A stretch of 64,000 bases of DNA, from contig CBDANS010000005.1 of assembly GCA_965197745.1 (NCBI GenBank), forward strand, positions 32,001-96,000, in the 5' to 3' direction. Under the pieces are notes generated by a model. It was given only the letters and a program-made list of their open reading frames with translations. It searched no databases and had not been told where the DNA came from. The DNA is from Opitutales bacterium (lineage in GTDB: Bacteria; Verrucomicrobiota; Verrucomicrobiia; Opitutales; PNEW01). Made by a program: the position numbers and the translations under genes. Of this stretch, positions 9,797-18,842 are shown piece by piece (positions within the stretch are counted from its first letter, which is position 1; every line of letters starts with the position of its first letter).

Positions 9797-10075
9797 TCAT
9801 AAAAATCCCTTAAGATCTATATCCCGACAAAGCTCTATAATATCGACTTCACAATCGGCCTCCAAGGCCTCGACAATGTCGTCCTTTTCACCGCCTTCTC
9901 TTAAATAGTCTGCGATCAGTGATAGCCGTATTCTCTTTTCTTTATCTGTCGGTTCAAAGTTTGCACAATACTCAATCCAGACCTCTTTGATTGCATTAAT
10001 TGCTAGCACATTAATGAATTTTTTCCGCAGTTGTCGGCCACGACAACCCTTATTATTAAATCTATCTTTATTCAT
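9797..10075 (-). CDS. Hypothetical protein of the satellite-like module
   Basis: 92-aa ORF co-oriented with the rep and xis candidates. Confidence 0.5.
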   Translation of the reverse strand: MNKDRFNNKGCRGRQLRKKFINVLAINAIKEVWIEYCANFEPTDKEKRIRLSLIADYLREGGEKDDIVEALEADCEVDIIELCRDIDLKGFL

Positions 10076-10093
10076 AGTATCTTTATGCGTACA

Positions 10094-10185
10094 ATCTCTA
10101 TTAAGAATATCTCTATTAAAGTTGCCCTCAACTTTCCCCTATGATGCCCGTATGTTGCCCATCAGTTGCCCTTATGTTAACCGCT
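10094..10185. repeat. Putative replication origin: six 11-bp-period iteron-like repeats plus AT-rich duplicated ATCTCTATTAA
   Basis: Contiguous from 10120: AGTTGCCCTCA, ACTTTCCCCTA, TGATGCCCGTA, TGTTGCCCATC, AGTTGCCCTTA, TGTTAACCGCT. ATCTCTATTAA occurs at 10094 and 10109. Confidence 0.65.
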
Positions 10186-10270
10186 TAAAATGGATAAAGG
10201 ATTTCACGAAAATATTGCTTCTTTTATTTAAAAGTTATCGCGTTGGATTCATTAAAAGGGGGTTAAAATT

Positions 10271-11047
10271 CTATCCCATTTTTAATTTCATTATTTTTTT
10301 ATTTATTGCCGCATCCTTAGCCTTGATGGATTTTTTCTTCCTCATTCGGTTTGTTCTCATTTCGAAAACTTTTTCTCTTAACTCATCTTCACTAAGTTTG
10401 TGAGAATAATAGGTCTCACGATTCCGATAAGTAAATCTGCCAAAAAAACCTTTTAAAAAAAGATCTTCGACAGTCTTTCGTACTTGTTTAATTGAAGAAG
10501 GCTCCGGTCGCTCTTCAAAAGTGTCAAAAATCTCTTTTGATCGGCAACCTGTTGCACGGCACTGAATTTCATCACTGGTGATTCGGCGGTAATCATTTTG
10601 CCCCAGGCAGGAATAAATAGCTGAAAGAATAGCAAATTCACGAGGATTGAGCGCACCTCTGTCTCTTACATCTATGCACAAAGCTTTCTTGTGTCTGACT
10701 AAAGCGTCATTTCCAAATTTTACCTCAAAATCATCGATAAACTCCTGGTATTCCCTGATCTCTTTTTCACTACCTTCCATTGAAGATAATATTAGCCCTG
10801 ACATACATGCAGCAGCGCAAAGCAATTGATGTTCTCGATTGGTGTTATCATGATCCTTAGGTAAATGCTCATTATCCGGTAATTCATAATGTTGCTCAGG
10901 ATTTTTAGATAAAAAAAGGCGAGCCCTATGGATCCCAATGTATAGCATGCCATTAATAATGTCGTACAAACTGCCTGGGTACGCCAATAAGCATAAAGGG
11001 GCCTGGATATATTTCTCGTTATTTTCTTTTGTTTGATCTTCTGACAT
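10271..11047 (-). CDS. Putative replication initiator (winged-helix-like) of a mobile element
   Basis: LNPREFAILSAIYS...ITSDEI...SIKQVRKTVEDLFLKGFF is wHTH-like. It lies between the xis-like gene and the iteron array. Confidence 0.5.
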   Translation of the reverse strand: MSEDQTKENNEKYIQAPLCLLAYPGSLYDIINGMLYIGIHRARLFLSKNPEQHYELPDNEHLPKDHDNTNREHQLLCAAACMSGLILSSMEGSEKEIREYQEFIDDFEVKFGNDALVRHKKALCIDVRDRGALNPREFAILSAIYSCLGQNDYRRITSDEIQCRATGCRSKEIFDTFEERPEPSSIKQVRKTVEDLFLKGFFGRFTYRNRETYYSHKLSEDELREKVFEMRTNRMRKKKSIKAKDAAINKKIMKLKMG

Positions 11048-11061
11048 TTTAAATTATCACA

Positions 11062-11316
11062 TTAACGGGGAACTACCGTATTTCTCTCCTCTAGGGCCTC
11101 CCGTACTAGAGCTGGATTAAATCTTACCAGATGCCCTATCTTGATATAGGGTATGGTTCTCCTTCTTTGCTGTTCTCGAAGCCAGCGTAAGCTCGGACGG
11201 GACCTTTCATCGAAGAGGATTTCCAGGAGCCTTGCAGCATCTACCAACTGATCATTATGATGATGAGTATACACAATCGTTTTTGTTATCAAACGATAGG
11301 AGCGTATCTTGATCAT
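11062..11316 (-). CDS. Excisionase/AlpA-like HTH DNA-binding protein
   Basis: LVDAARLLEILF...PSLRWLREQQRRRTIPYIKIGHLVRFNPALVREAL is a typical Xis/HTH_17-type pattern. Confidence 0.75.
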   Translation of the reverse strand: MIKIRSYRLITKTIVYTHHHNDQLVDAARLLEILFDERSRPSLRWLREQQRRRTIPYIKIGHLVRFNPALVREALEERNTVVPR

Positions 11317-11334
11317 CTAATCGACATCTTAAAG

Positions 11335-11395
11335 TAAAGTCCCCGCTTTTTATTTAAAACATCCAATATATTCTTCTAATGTATCTAAAGTCCCC
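11335..11395. promoter_or_regulatory. Direct-repeat pair TAAAGTCCCC upstream of the xis-like gene
   Basis: Exact 10-mers at 11335 and 11386 in the intergenic region. Confidence 0.35.
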
Positions 11396-11432
11396 ACTAA
11401 GGAATCACTGAAGAAATATTATTAGAGCTCCA

Positions 11433-12320
11433 TCAGTTAATAGGTAGAATGTGTGGAAAAGGTACAATTCCAGAAGTCTCTTTTATATGTTCTAGATCTT
11501 TAAGCCACGCGTCTTTACAGCCAGGTAATTTCGCATGGATTATGCTTCTAAATTTTTCCTTCAGTTTTTCGTCACCATCACCATAGTGTAATTGTCTTAA
11601 TAATTCCACACCTAATTGGCAGCGCAGCCCTGCTTTACCCGGTTGTTTTATTTTTCTTTTTTTATTAACTGGAAAACTTTCTTTCAGTGTATTAACTGTA
11701 AGCCAACCCGGTTTAGTAAGCCATGCTTTAAAAATCTCAAGTCCTACAGTAGGTGAATATTGCTGAGCATAAGGACCTCGGGCAGGTGTGGAAGGTTTCG
11801 CAGTTATTGATTTTAAAAACCTTTCAATCGTTTTAAAATTAACAGCAATTGCATCCGCATATTCATAAATAGTATGGGGTTCCAACCAATTAAAATCTGA
11901 ATCCACAGTGGTTACTCTATGATATCTTCGATTTCTTTTATACTTAGAATCTAATACGGCAGCTATTAATTTCTTCCTTATATTTTTATAATATTCATCC
12001 TTCCATTCAGGACAGATAGAATTAAGGTTTCTTCGCTCTCTTTCTTGAATTTCGCAAATAAGCATTCCATACAAGAAAGTCCGCCAGATTGTTTCATTTT
12101 GTCTCCGCAAAGTTTTAACAGCTTTCCAGGTCTGATTTTCGAATTGCTTTATTGGAGTAAGTTTTTCAATAAGAAATTCTAATTTGTCATCACTTAATCC
12201 AGTTTGTTCCCAGGGTTTTTTTGAACGGTCTATCTTTGATAATAATTTACTTATTTTTCTCTCATCTTTTGTTAGGACTGCTACTGGTTGACGCTTTGCT
12301 TTTGACTTATTTTTGGGCAT
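11433..12320 (-). CDS. Hypothetical basic protein of the mobile element
   Basis: 295-aa Lys-rich ORF; AT-rich; upstream of the xis-like gene. Confidence 0.6.
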   Translation of the reverse strand: MPKNKSKAKRQPVAVLTKDERKISKLLSKIDRSKKPWEQTGLSDDKLEFLIEKLTPIKQFENQTWKAVKTLRRQNETIWRTFLYGMLICEIQERERRNLNSICPEWKDEYYKNIRKKLIAAVLDSKYKRNRRYHRVTTVDSDFNWLEPHTIYEYADAIAVNFKTIERFLKSITAKPSTPARGPYAQQYSPTVGLEIFKAWLTKPGWLTVNTLKESFPVNKKRKIKQPGKAGLRCQLGVELLRQLHYGDGDEKLKEKFRSIIHAKLPGCKDAWLKDLEHIKETSGIVPFPHILPIN

Positions 12321-12551
12321 CGTTTTGCTGAATTTTATAATTTAGTTTCAAGATAACCTAATCACACCGGTTACTTTTAGAGTAAAAAGCCTATTAAACG
12401 AGGGGACAATGGGCCAATCAAATAGGTTATTTGAAGTGCAACGACTAAAAAATGGGAATTATATACAATAGTGCCGAGGACACCCCAAGGCTTTGGGGCT
12501 CTATTGTACCCAGTTATGGTTGCGTAAGGACCTACGAAAGAGTGTGTTACG

Positions 12552-13643
12552 ATGATTTGGAATTGGATAGTGCAAAATAGCAGTGTTATACGGGACTTGG
12601 GATCGATTCTATTGGGCATCTTCGGCATAGGATTTCTAGCATGGCGGTCAAGGAGCGCTGATCGCCAAGCGGAGGCATCGCAGATGCAAGCTGATGTTGC
12701 TCAGAAGCAGGTGTCTTTGGCGCGACGGGACTCACTAGTTGACCGCTACCAGAAGGGTTCCGATATGCTCGGTAACGAGACGATGTCGACACGTCTGGGC
12801 GGTATGTACTCGCTGAAGCGGCTTGCGGAAGACCACCCAAAACAGTTTCACATCCAGGTCATGGAGTTACTTTGCGCCTTTGTAAGGAATCCGCCACCCC
12901 TGAAGACTAACCCGGAACGGGTGCTTCGAGAAGACATACAGACCGCTTTGGATATCATCATTCACCGTAGCGACGAGAGTATCGAAATCGAGAACGCTTC
13001 TTGTCCTATGCTTAACAAAAGTGAAAAAAGGTTTCGTTTGGATCTTCACGGTGCAAACCTGGGATGGGCCGTCATCTCTCAGGCTAAACTTCAAGGAGCT
13101 CTTCTGGACAATGTAAATTTGGCGTATTCCGCTGGTAACGGTGCAGACTTTTCAGGTGCGTCGATGGTTGGGTCGAAAGTGAATAGCAAGTCGCATTTTA
13201 TCGGAGCAATCTTCGACAAGGCCATTATGAACAGTGCCGACATGTCACAAGCTATATTTCAAAATACGAGTTTCGTAAACACTCAACTCCTCGGCGTTGA
13301 CATGTCGGATTCCCTCTTCGAGCAGGCAAATATGTCCAAGTCAATTATCGGGACAGCCAATCTGACGAAGGCAAGACTAGATAGGGCGGACCTTTCTGGA
13401 GCCAAGTTTGGTGGAGGGATACGAAGTACACAAAACCGGTCAACTGGTGTTTGGACCAGAAAGGAGATATTCTGCGCGGTGACGCAACGCCAATTGGATT
13501 TGGCGATAGCTGATCCAGACGATCCTACCTCCATCGAAGAGGGCACTACTGACACGGAGACGGGTGAACAGATAGTCTGGAACCATCAGTTGTGCGGCGA
13601 TAAATGGGTGGAGCACCAGAAGCTATTGAGTTCACTAAGATAA
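12552..13643 (+). CDS. Membrane-anchored pentapeptide-repeat protein
   Basis: N-terminal TM helix; RLGGMYSL.RLA and ELLCAFVR motifs; A(D/N)LxxA-type repeats in the C-terminal half. Confidence 0.85.
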   Translation: MIWNWIVQNSSVIRDLGSILLGIFGIGFLAWRSRSADRQAEASQMQADVAQKQVSLARRDSLVDRYQKGSDMLGNETMSTRLGGMYSLKRLAEDHPKQFHIQVMELLCAFVRNPPPLKTNPERVLREDIQTALDIIIHRSDESIEIENASCPMLNKSEKRFRLDLHGANLGWAVISQAKLQGALLDNVNLAYSAGNGADFSGASMVGSKVNSKSHFIGAIFDKAIMNSADMSQAIFQNTSFVNTQLLGVDMSDSLFEQANMSKSIIGTANLTKARLDRADLSGAKFGGGIRSTQNRSTGVWTRKEIFCAVTQRQLDLAIADPDDPTSIEEGTTDTETGEQIVWNHQLCGDKWVEHQKLLSSLR

Positions 13644-13840
13644 AGGGAATGTTGCATTTAGTACATCGCCCGACGTACAGTCGCTTGTGCTCCATAGCCA
13701 GCATCCCCGTAGTGTGGTAACCTCTGCACTCGGTTGGGCACTATTGTATATAATCCCCCAAAAAAATCGTCCCATTTACAAAGGTAGAATATCGGGATAT
13801 GATCTGCTCCCATTTTTTACTAGATCTGAGACAGCAGTGT

Positions 13841-13892
13841 TAGAGAAACCAGTTGAAAGTAGATGCATGCAGGTGAACGATACAAACAGGTT
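13841..13892 (+). repeat. att-arm-like 52-bp direct repeat, copy 1
   Basis: 45/52 identical to 16091-16142. Confidence 0.75.
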
Positions 13893-14295
13893 ACGCTGAC
13901 GCAACCCTTGCTTGTGCTCACGGCCGCGCTTCTTAGAAGGTATGTGTACCGTTACGATAAAGTTACCGCGCAACAGTTCAGCCAGTTTGCGGGCATCGAG
14001 CCCGGTCATTCTTGATTTGCACTTTGGCAATCAGATGCATCTTGTAGGGATCGGCCAACACCACCCGTTCAACTACCTCCATTTCTTCCAACAGATCATA
14101 CAAGCGGTCTCAATTCCAGTAGCACTCCAACACCACTTCCCCAGGGTTACTCAGTGAGTCGAAGAACCGTTCAAAGCCAACTGCAGAGTTGCTTACGATC
14201 TTTGGCTCTTTCAGTTGCTCTCCTTCAGTGCTTACGGCACTTGCAATCGAATAACGTTTGTGGTAATCTATTCCCACATATATTTTATTTTTCAT
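13893..14295 (-). pseudogene. IS110-family transposase remnant (DEDD RuvC-like N-terminal domain)
   Basis: YVGIDYHKRYS...VVLEC, then an in-frame TGA at 14110 and a frameshift. K.D..DARKLAELLRG follows; truncated after RQR. Confidence 0.85.
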
Positions 14296-14469
14296 CTTTA
14301 GGGGTTCCTTCGGTTAGGTATTGTTACAGTCTTTTCTATTATACCAGATTGATGGGTTTCCCTTTCATGTTACCTGACCCCTTCTTACTATCACCCACGG
14401 CTTAACATTCTCAATCGACAGCGATTGTTAAGAACTTTTTATGAGCTGGGTTAGACCGATTTGTTTATT

Positions 14470-15483
14470 ATGTCTCAAACAATTCCAATTAATACATCTA
14501 TATTATCTAGTGATGCCTTGCTTGAAGGAGTGTTAAATAGATATGCATTTAAAGGGAAAATCGAGTGCCATCTCTTTTGTTCTCGCGTAAATGACACTTA
14601 TGTTGTCAAGACTGATTCGTTAACTTACTACCTTCGTGTATATATTCACAGATGGCGATCGAGAAAAGAGATCGATGCAGAAATTGATCTTTTACGCTAT
14701 CTCAAGAAAAACGAGATTTCGGTCTCTGTCCCCATACAAAGAGAGGATGGATCATATATTACTGAGATAAATGCCCCTGAGGGCATTCGATACGCTGTGT
14801 TATTTACAGGTGCTGATGGTAATGTACCTCGTAATATGAACGACAAGCGCAGTTCATTATATGGTCGTTTAGCAGGTAGAATACATAATGTGACAGATAA
14901 GTTGGATAAAAAATATGAAAGATTCCACATTGATCTAATACATTTAATTGATGATCCACTGTGCCACATAGAACCATTACTCAAACACCGAGAAAAAGAT
15001 TTTAATTATCTATGTAAAATTGGGCAATCGCTGAAGCTTGAAATTGAAAAGTTGCTACCTCAAACCAAACCACAATATGGAATATGTCATGGCGACCATT
15101 ATGGTGGTAATGTTTTCTTTAACAAAAACGATGAAATGACGTTATTTGATTTTGATTGTTTTGGATATGGATGGAGAGCTTATGATATTGCTGTTTTTCT
15201 GTGTACTAGAACAACGATTGGCAATTGGAGTAAAGAAGCGAATTCAAAAAGGACAAAACGTTGGAACGCTTTTTTGAAAGGTTATACTCAGGAACGAGAG
15301 CTAAGTGACGAAGAGCTTGCAGCAACAAAGATATTCGTTCCGATTAGACATATATGGCTTTTAGGCGTGCAATCACAAAGTACCGAAAGACTCGGAAGAA
15401 TGTGGATGGACGATGCATATTTCGACCAGCATATTAATTTCATTAAAGATTGGATTAAAATAAAGCACTTAAAAATATCATAG
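14470..15483 (+). CDS. APH/homoserine kinase type II-like phosphotransferase
   Basis: CHGDHYGGN and LFDFD catalytic motifs; GYGWRAYDIA. Confidence 0.85.
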   Translation: MSQTIPINTSILSSDALLEGVLNRYAFKGKIECHLFCSRVNDTYVVKTDSLTYYLRVYIHRWRSRKEIDAEIDLLRYLKKNEISVSVPIQREDGSYITEINAPEGIRYAVLFTGADGNVPRNMNDKRSSLYGRLAGRIHNVTDKLDKKYERFHIDLIHLIDDPLCHIEPLLKHREKDFNYLCKIGQSLKLEIEKLLPQTKPQYGICHGDHYGGNVFFNKNDEMTLFDFDCFGYGWRAYDIAVFLCTRTTIGNWSKEANSKRTKRWNAFLKGYTQERELSDEELAATKIFVPIRHIWLLGVQSQSTERLGRMWMDDAYFDQHINFIKDWIKIKHLKIS

Positions 15484-15589
15484 AACTTTGACCTCTTGCT
15501 CCCACTTCGATAATTATTATGAATTCCCAAGAAGCTCTTAAGTCGGAAAAACCGGATAAACGTGCATTTAAGGTACAAGAGTCTTACAA

Positions 15590-15831
15590 GGCACTTGGCG
15601 GAGCGGGTAATGTAGCGGCTAATCTTGCATCGTTAGGTGTTAACGCGTCTTTGGTGGGTGTTACGGGAAATATATCTCAATATTGGACATTTTATTATTC
15701 GTGATTCTTCCAGACCTACTACCGCTAAGATACGTCTTTACGTAAATAACGAGTACCTTCTACGACGTGACCATGAAGCGATACATAAATTGGATAAGGA
15801 ACCATCTGCTTCAGCTGTGTCAAATGGATGA
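15590..15831 (+). pseudogene. RfaE/HldE heptose-kinase (PfkB) fragment
   Basis: LGGAGNVAANLASLG..A.LVGVTG, then, in another frame, DSSRPTTAKIR...LLRRDHE; large internal deletion. Confidence 0.7.
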
Positions 15832-16090
15832 TATGCAGTTGAGCGATTACTAATACATAATGCATCATTTGATGTTGGGCGATCTTACAAAATAGAAAGA
15901 AAAAATGATAGAAAAGTTAATCGATGATAAATTTTAATATACATTACTTTTGGTTACTCAGATATATAATTCCCTTCTAAAATAAAAAGTAAAGGTTTGC
16001 TAAATATTTGCTAATTATCATTCATTTTGCTGTATTTAATTGCATTTAAGCGCATTTTAAAAATTTCGTAAAGTGCTTAAAGATAACGAC

Positions 16091-16163
16091 TAGAGAAACC
16101 AGATGAAAGTAGATGAATGCAGATGCACGCTCTAAACAGGTTCGAATCCAGTATCTCCCACCA
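16091..16163 (+). mobile_element. Probable attR: arm repeat copy 2 plus a duplicated 3' end of a tRNA-Val-like gene
   Basis: GGTTCGAATCCAGTATCTCCCACCA gives a T-loop, acceptor 3' strand and CCA, with no 5' tRNA half. ATCTCCCACCA is the same as in tRNA-Val at 24088. Confidence 0.75.
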
Positions 16164-16289
16164 GCCTTCGCCCCCGCGGTGGCGGGACTGGCAGGCCAGC
16201 TATCAGCAATCGAAATCCATTAAATATTCAATCGCTCTATTGCCTGGGCGAAGGCTGCGCGCTGTAGTCCCGCGACTGCGGGACGGAGG
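16164..16289 (+). repeat. tRNA-linked palindromic repeat R1
   Basis: GCCTTCGCCC...GGGCGAAGGC inverted ends plus a GTAGTCCCGCGACTGCGGGAC hairpin; homologous to R2-R4. Confidence 0.9.
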
Positions 16290-16313
16290 TGGAAATATCG
16301 ATAATGCTTATTT

Positions 16314-16931
16314 TTACCCGTTCGCTAGGGTGAGCAGGTCGCGGGTGCTCATAAAGGGTTTTGCTTTTTCAAGGAAGGTCTTAACGAGTTGATCAGGTGG
16401 CAAGTCGGAGGTGTCGATCTCCAGTTTCTGCTTAATCCAGGATTTTTGAACTTCTTCACGGAAACGTTCGAGGATCATCGGGATGTCATCTTTTTTGACT
16501 ATTGGATAATCATGAGGTTGAGCGTCCATGCGTGCCTCGATTACTTCCGGTCTGGCTGTAAAATGGACGAGAATACTATTATCGGGCATTTCCACCTCAA
16601 ATTGCCGAGAACCGTTTACCGGTAATCCTGGATAGTGATAGAGTGGGCCGTAGACTTCTTCTTCAATGTGAAATCCCCCTAATAATATATGGTCGATCAT
16701 ATTTATAAGGCGGACATGGTAAACAATCTGCATCTGCTGCCACCGCTGTTTAAGGGATGGGGACAGGGTCACTATGGTTGCTCGATCTTCAGGAGATAAG
16801 TGTTGACGATCGGGGATTGTAAAATGGTCATCGAGATGAAAATTAATTCCTCTGTCATTGCCCCATGCGATGAGACCATCACATAAAGTAGTCACACCTG
16901 TATATTCACATCCAACAGCAATAATTTTCAT
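16314..16931 (-). CDS. NMP-kinase-like P-loop fold protein
   Basis: IIAVGCEYTGVTT is a degenerate Walker A; LVHFTARPEVIEARM; IDTSDL.P. Confidence 0.65.
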   Translation of the reverse strand: MKIIAVGCEYTGVTTLCDGLIAWGNDRGINFHLDDHFTIPDRQHLSPEDRATIVTLSPSLKQRWQQMQIVYHVRLINMIDHILLGGFHIEEEVYGPLYHYPGLPVNGSRQFEVEMPDNSILVHFTARPEVIEARMDAQPHDYPIVKKDDIPMILERFREEVQKSWIKQKLEIDTSDLPPDQLVKTFLEKAKPFMSTRDLLTLANG

Positions 16932-17290
16932 TATATTCTCCTCAGTATAGGTTAAAAGTTAAGTTTTCATTCATTGAAATGACAGGATTTGTCCTTGGCA
17001 AATAATTAATATCTCCTGTCATTTGGGGCTCAGAAAATCAGGGGTAAATCAAGGGGCATTGTAAATACGGCAATGTATTATTATGGGGATCACCCTAAGA
17101 TAGCTGAATTCCTTAAATTTTAGCTCATATAATAATAAATTAAACGAATATCAACGAAACATTGACATTCTAATCATTGTCTAAAATATGTGCCATACTC
17201 AAAAAATAGCATCACTTTAGATATTATTGTAATATTACTTACTGAACTAAGGTTAACCCTATATAGCTCAAGAGATTAAGCTTAATTATA

Positions 17291-17839
17291 ATGATGAAGA
17301 GCTGGATTTTATATAGTTCCATTTTATTAATCGCGGCAACGGCGTTTGGTGCAAAGAATGAGCGATATTCTAACCTTAAAGCGAGCGCCGATAAGGGGAA
17401 TGTCGAATCCCAATACCAGCTCGCCGTGATGTGCGAAAAAGGCGATGGCGTTACTCAAAGTTATATGAAAGCCATTAAATGGTACAAAAAAGCGGCTAAA
17501 CAGGGACACGCGCAGGCGCAGACAAATCTGGGCGTGATGTACGCTTCAGGCCAGGGGGTACTGGTCGATAATGTCGAGTCGATCAGGTGGACCACCCAGG
17601 CAGCGGAGCAGGGACACGCCCCAGCTCAATCCTATCTGGGATCCATGTATGCCGAAGGCTATGTGATTGAAAAAGATTATGTTAAAGCTTATATGTGGTT
17701 GAGAATTGCTTATTTATCCGGTGAAACGGATGTGGTTAGTGACATTGAAAAAATTAAAAGAAGTATGACTGCAGCCCAAATTGCCGAAGCTGATCGGAAT
17801 ATAAAATCCTGGCGAACGAAGCACAAAAAAAGCAGTTAA
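17291..17839 (+). CDS. Secreted Sel1-repeat protein
   Basis: Signal peptide; AAKQGHAQAQTNLGVMYASGQGV-type repeats. Confidence 0.9.
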   Translation: MMKSWILYSSILLIAATAFGAKNERYSNLKASADKGNVESQYQLAVMCEKGDGVTQSYMKAIKWYKKAAKQGHAQAQTNLGVMYASGQGVLVDNVESIRWTTQAAEQGHAPAQSYLGSMYAEGYVIEKDYVKAYMWLRIAYLSGETDVVSDIEKIKRSMTAAQIAEADRNIKSWRTKHKKSS

Positions 17840-18005
17840 GTTTGTAAGGGTTAAACAGGATTCAGGACAGAAATCGGGATCAGAAAATCTTAATGATAGA
17901 TTTTACATCATTCTCATAATCTTAACCGATAAACCGCTCAAACTATCAATCTGCTAAGACGGATTGTGCCCTTCCGGCAGTTACACCCCGAAACCTGCCT
18001 GGAGC

Positions 18006-18842
18006 TTATCGCTTAAATAATTCCCAACTGCGGCCGGACGATTCAGCGCGGAAACACTCAATATTTCCGCGATCTGCTACGGTCACATAGCAAGTCTGCC
18101 CATCTGCCCCACCAAATGCGATGTTGGTACATTCCTTGCCGGCGAGTTGAATCTCCTCAACGACTTCACCTTGTGGCGAAACTTTGGCTACCGTTCCTTT
18201 GCCATGACGTGTGACGTATATATTACCTTCGCTATCGCAGCGCATTCCGTCCATTCCAAAGTCAGAAAATTGAATCAACAACCGCTTGTTGCTGATTTCA
18301 CCTCCGGGTGAGAGGTCATATGCCCAGATATTACGCTGTACCGTCTCATTAACATAGAGAATACTTTCGTCCGGGCTTACCTCAATACCGTTCGTTGTCC
18401 CCATTGACGTTTCCAGCAATTTTACTTTCCCCTCATTATCTATACGCCATATCTGTCCCCAGGATTCACTCCAGTTAGGATCGCTGGCGTAGACAATATC
18501 ATTCGCTCCAATGGCAATATCATTGGGTTGATTCATATTCGGCTCATGCGCGTAAACTGATATCTCCCGCGTCACGCTATCAACTTTTAGAATGTTATGA
18601 TTTGTATAATCGGCAATTAGCATTTCACCTGCCTGATTAAAGCGGATACCGTTGCCGATGCTGCTGTCGGAAAGTTCGACGAAAATACTGCACTCACCCG
18701 TCGGTGTGACACACCCAATAGTATGCTCACGGGCATAGTTAACGGCATAGAGATTACCCTTGCAGTCACAGGCAGGTCCCTCAATACCGTGAGTAAATCC
18801 ATGGAGTGGAGTGAATGCTTTACTAACGTAATATTCGTTCAT
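18006..18842 (-). CDS. SMP-30/gluconolactonase family protein
   Basis: IEGP, QPND, TNGI..SPD, DGMRCD.EGN.YV and TNIAFGG motifs. Confidence 0.92.
   Translation of the reverse strand: MNEYYVSKAFTPLHGFTHGIEGPACDCKGNLYAVNYAREHTIGCVTPTGECSIFVELSDSSIGNGIRFNQAGEMLIADYTNHNILKVDSVTREISVYAHEPNMNQPNDIAIGANDIVYASDPNWSESWGQIWRIDNEGKVKLLETSMGTTNGIEVSPDESILYVNETVQRNIWAYDLSPGGEISNKRLLIQFSDFGMDGMRCDSEGNIYVTRHGKGTVAKVSPQGEVVEEIQLAGKECTNIAFGGADGQTCYVTVADRGNIECFRAESSGRSWELFKR

Noticed and set aside
16090..16163. Second intact tRNA
   Set aside because: Only the T-loop and 3' acceptor strand are present; there is no D or anticodon arm and no complementary 5' strand.
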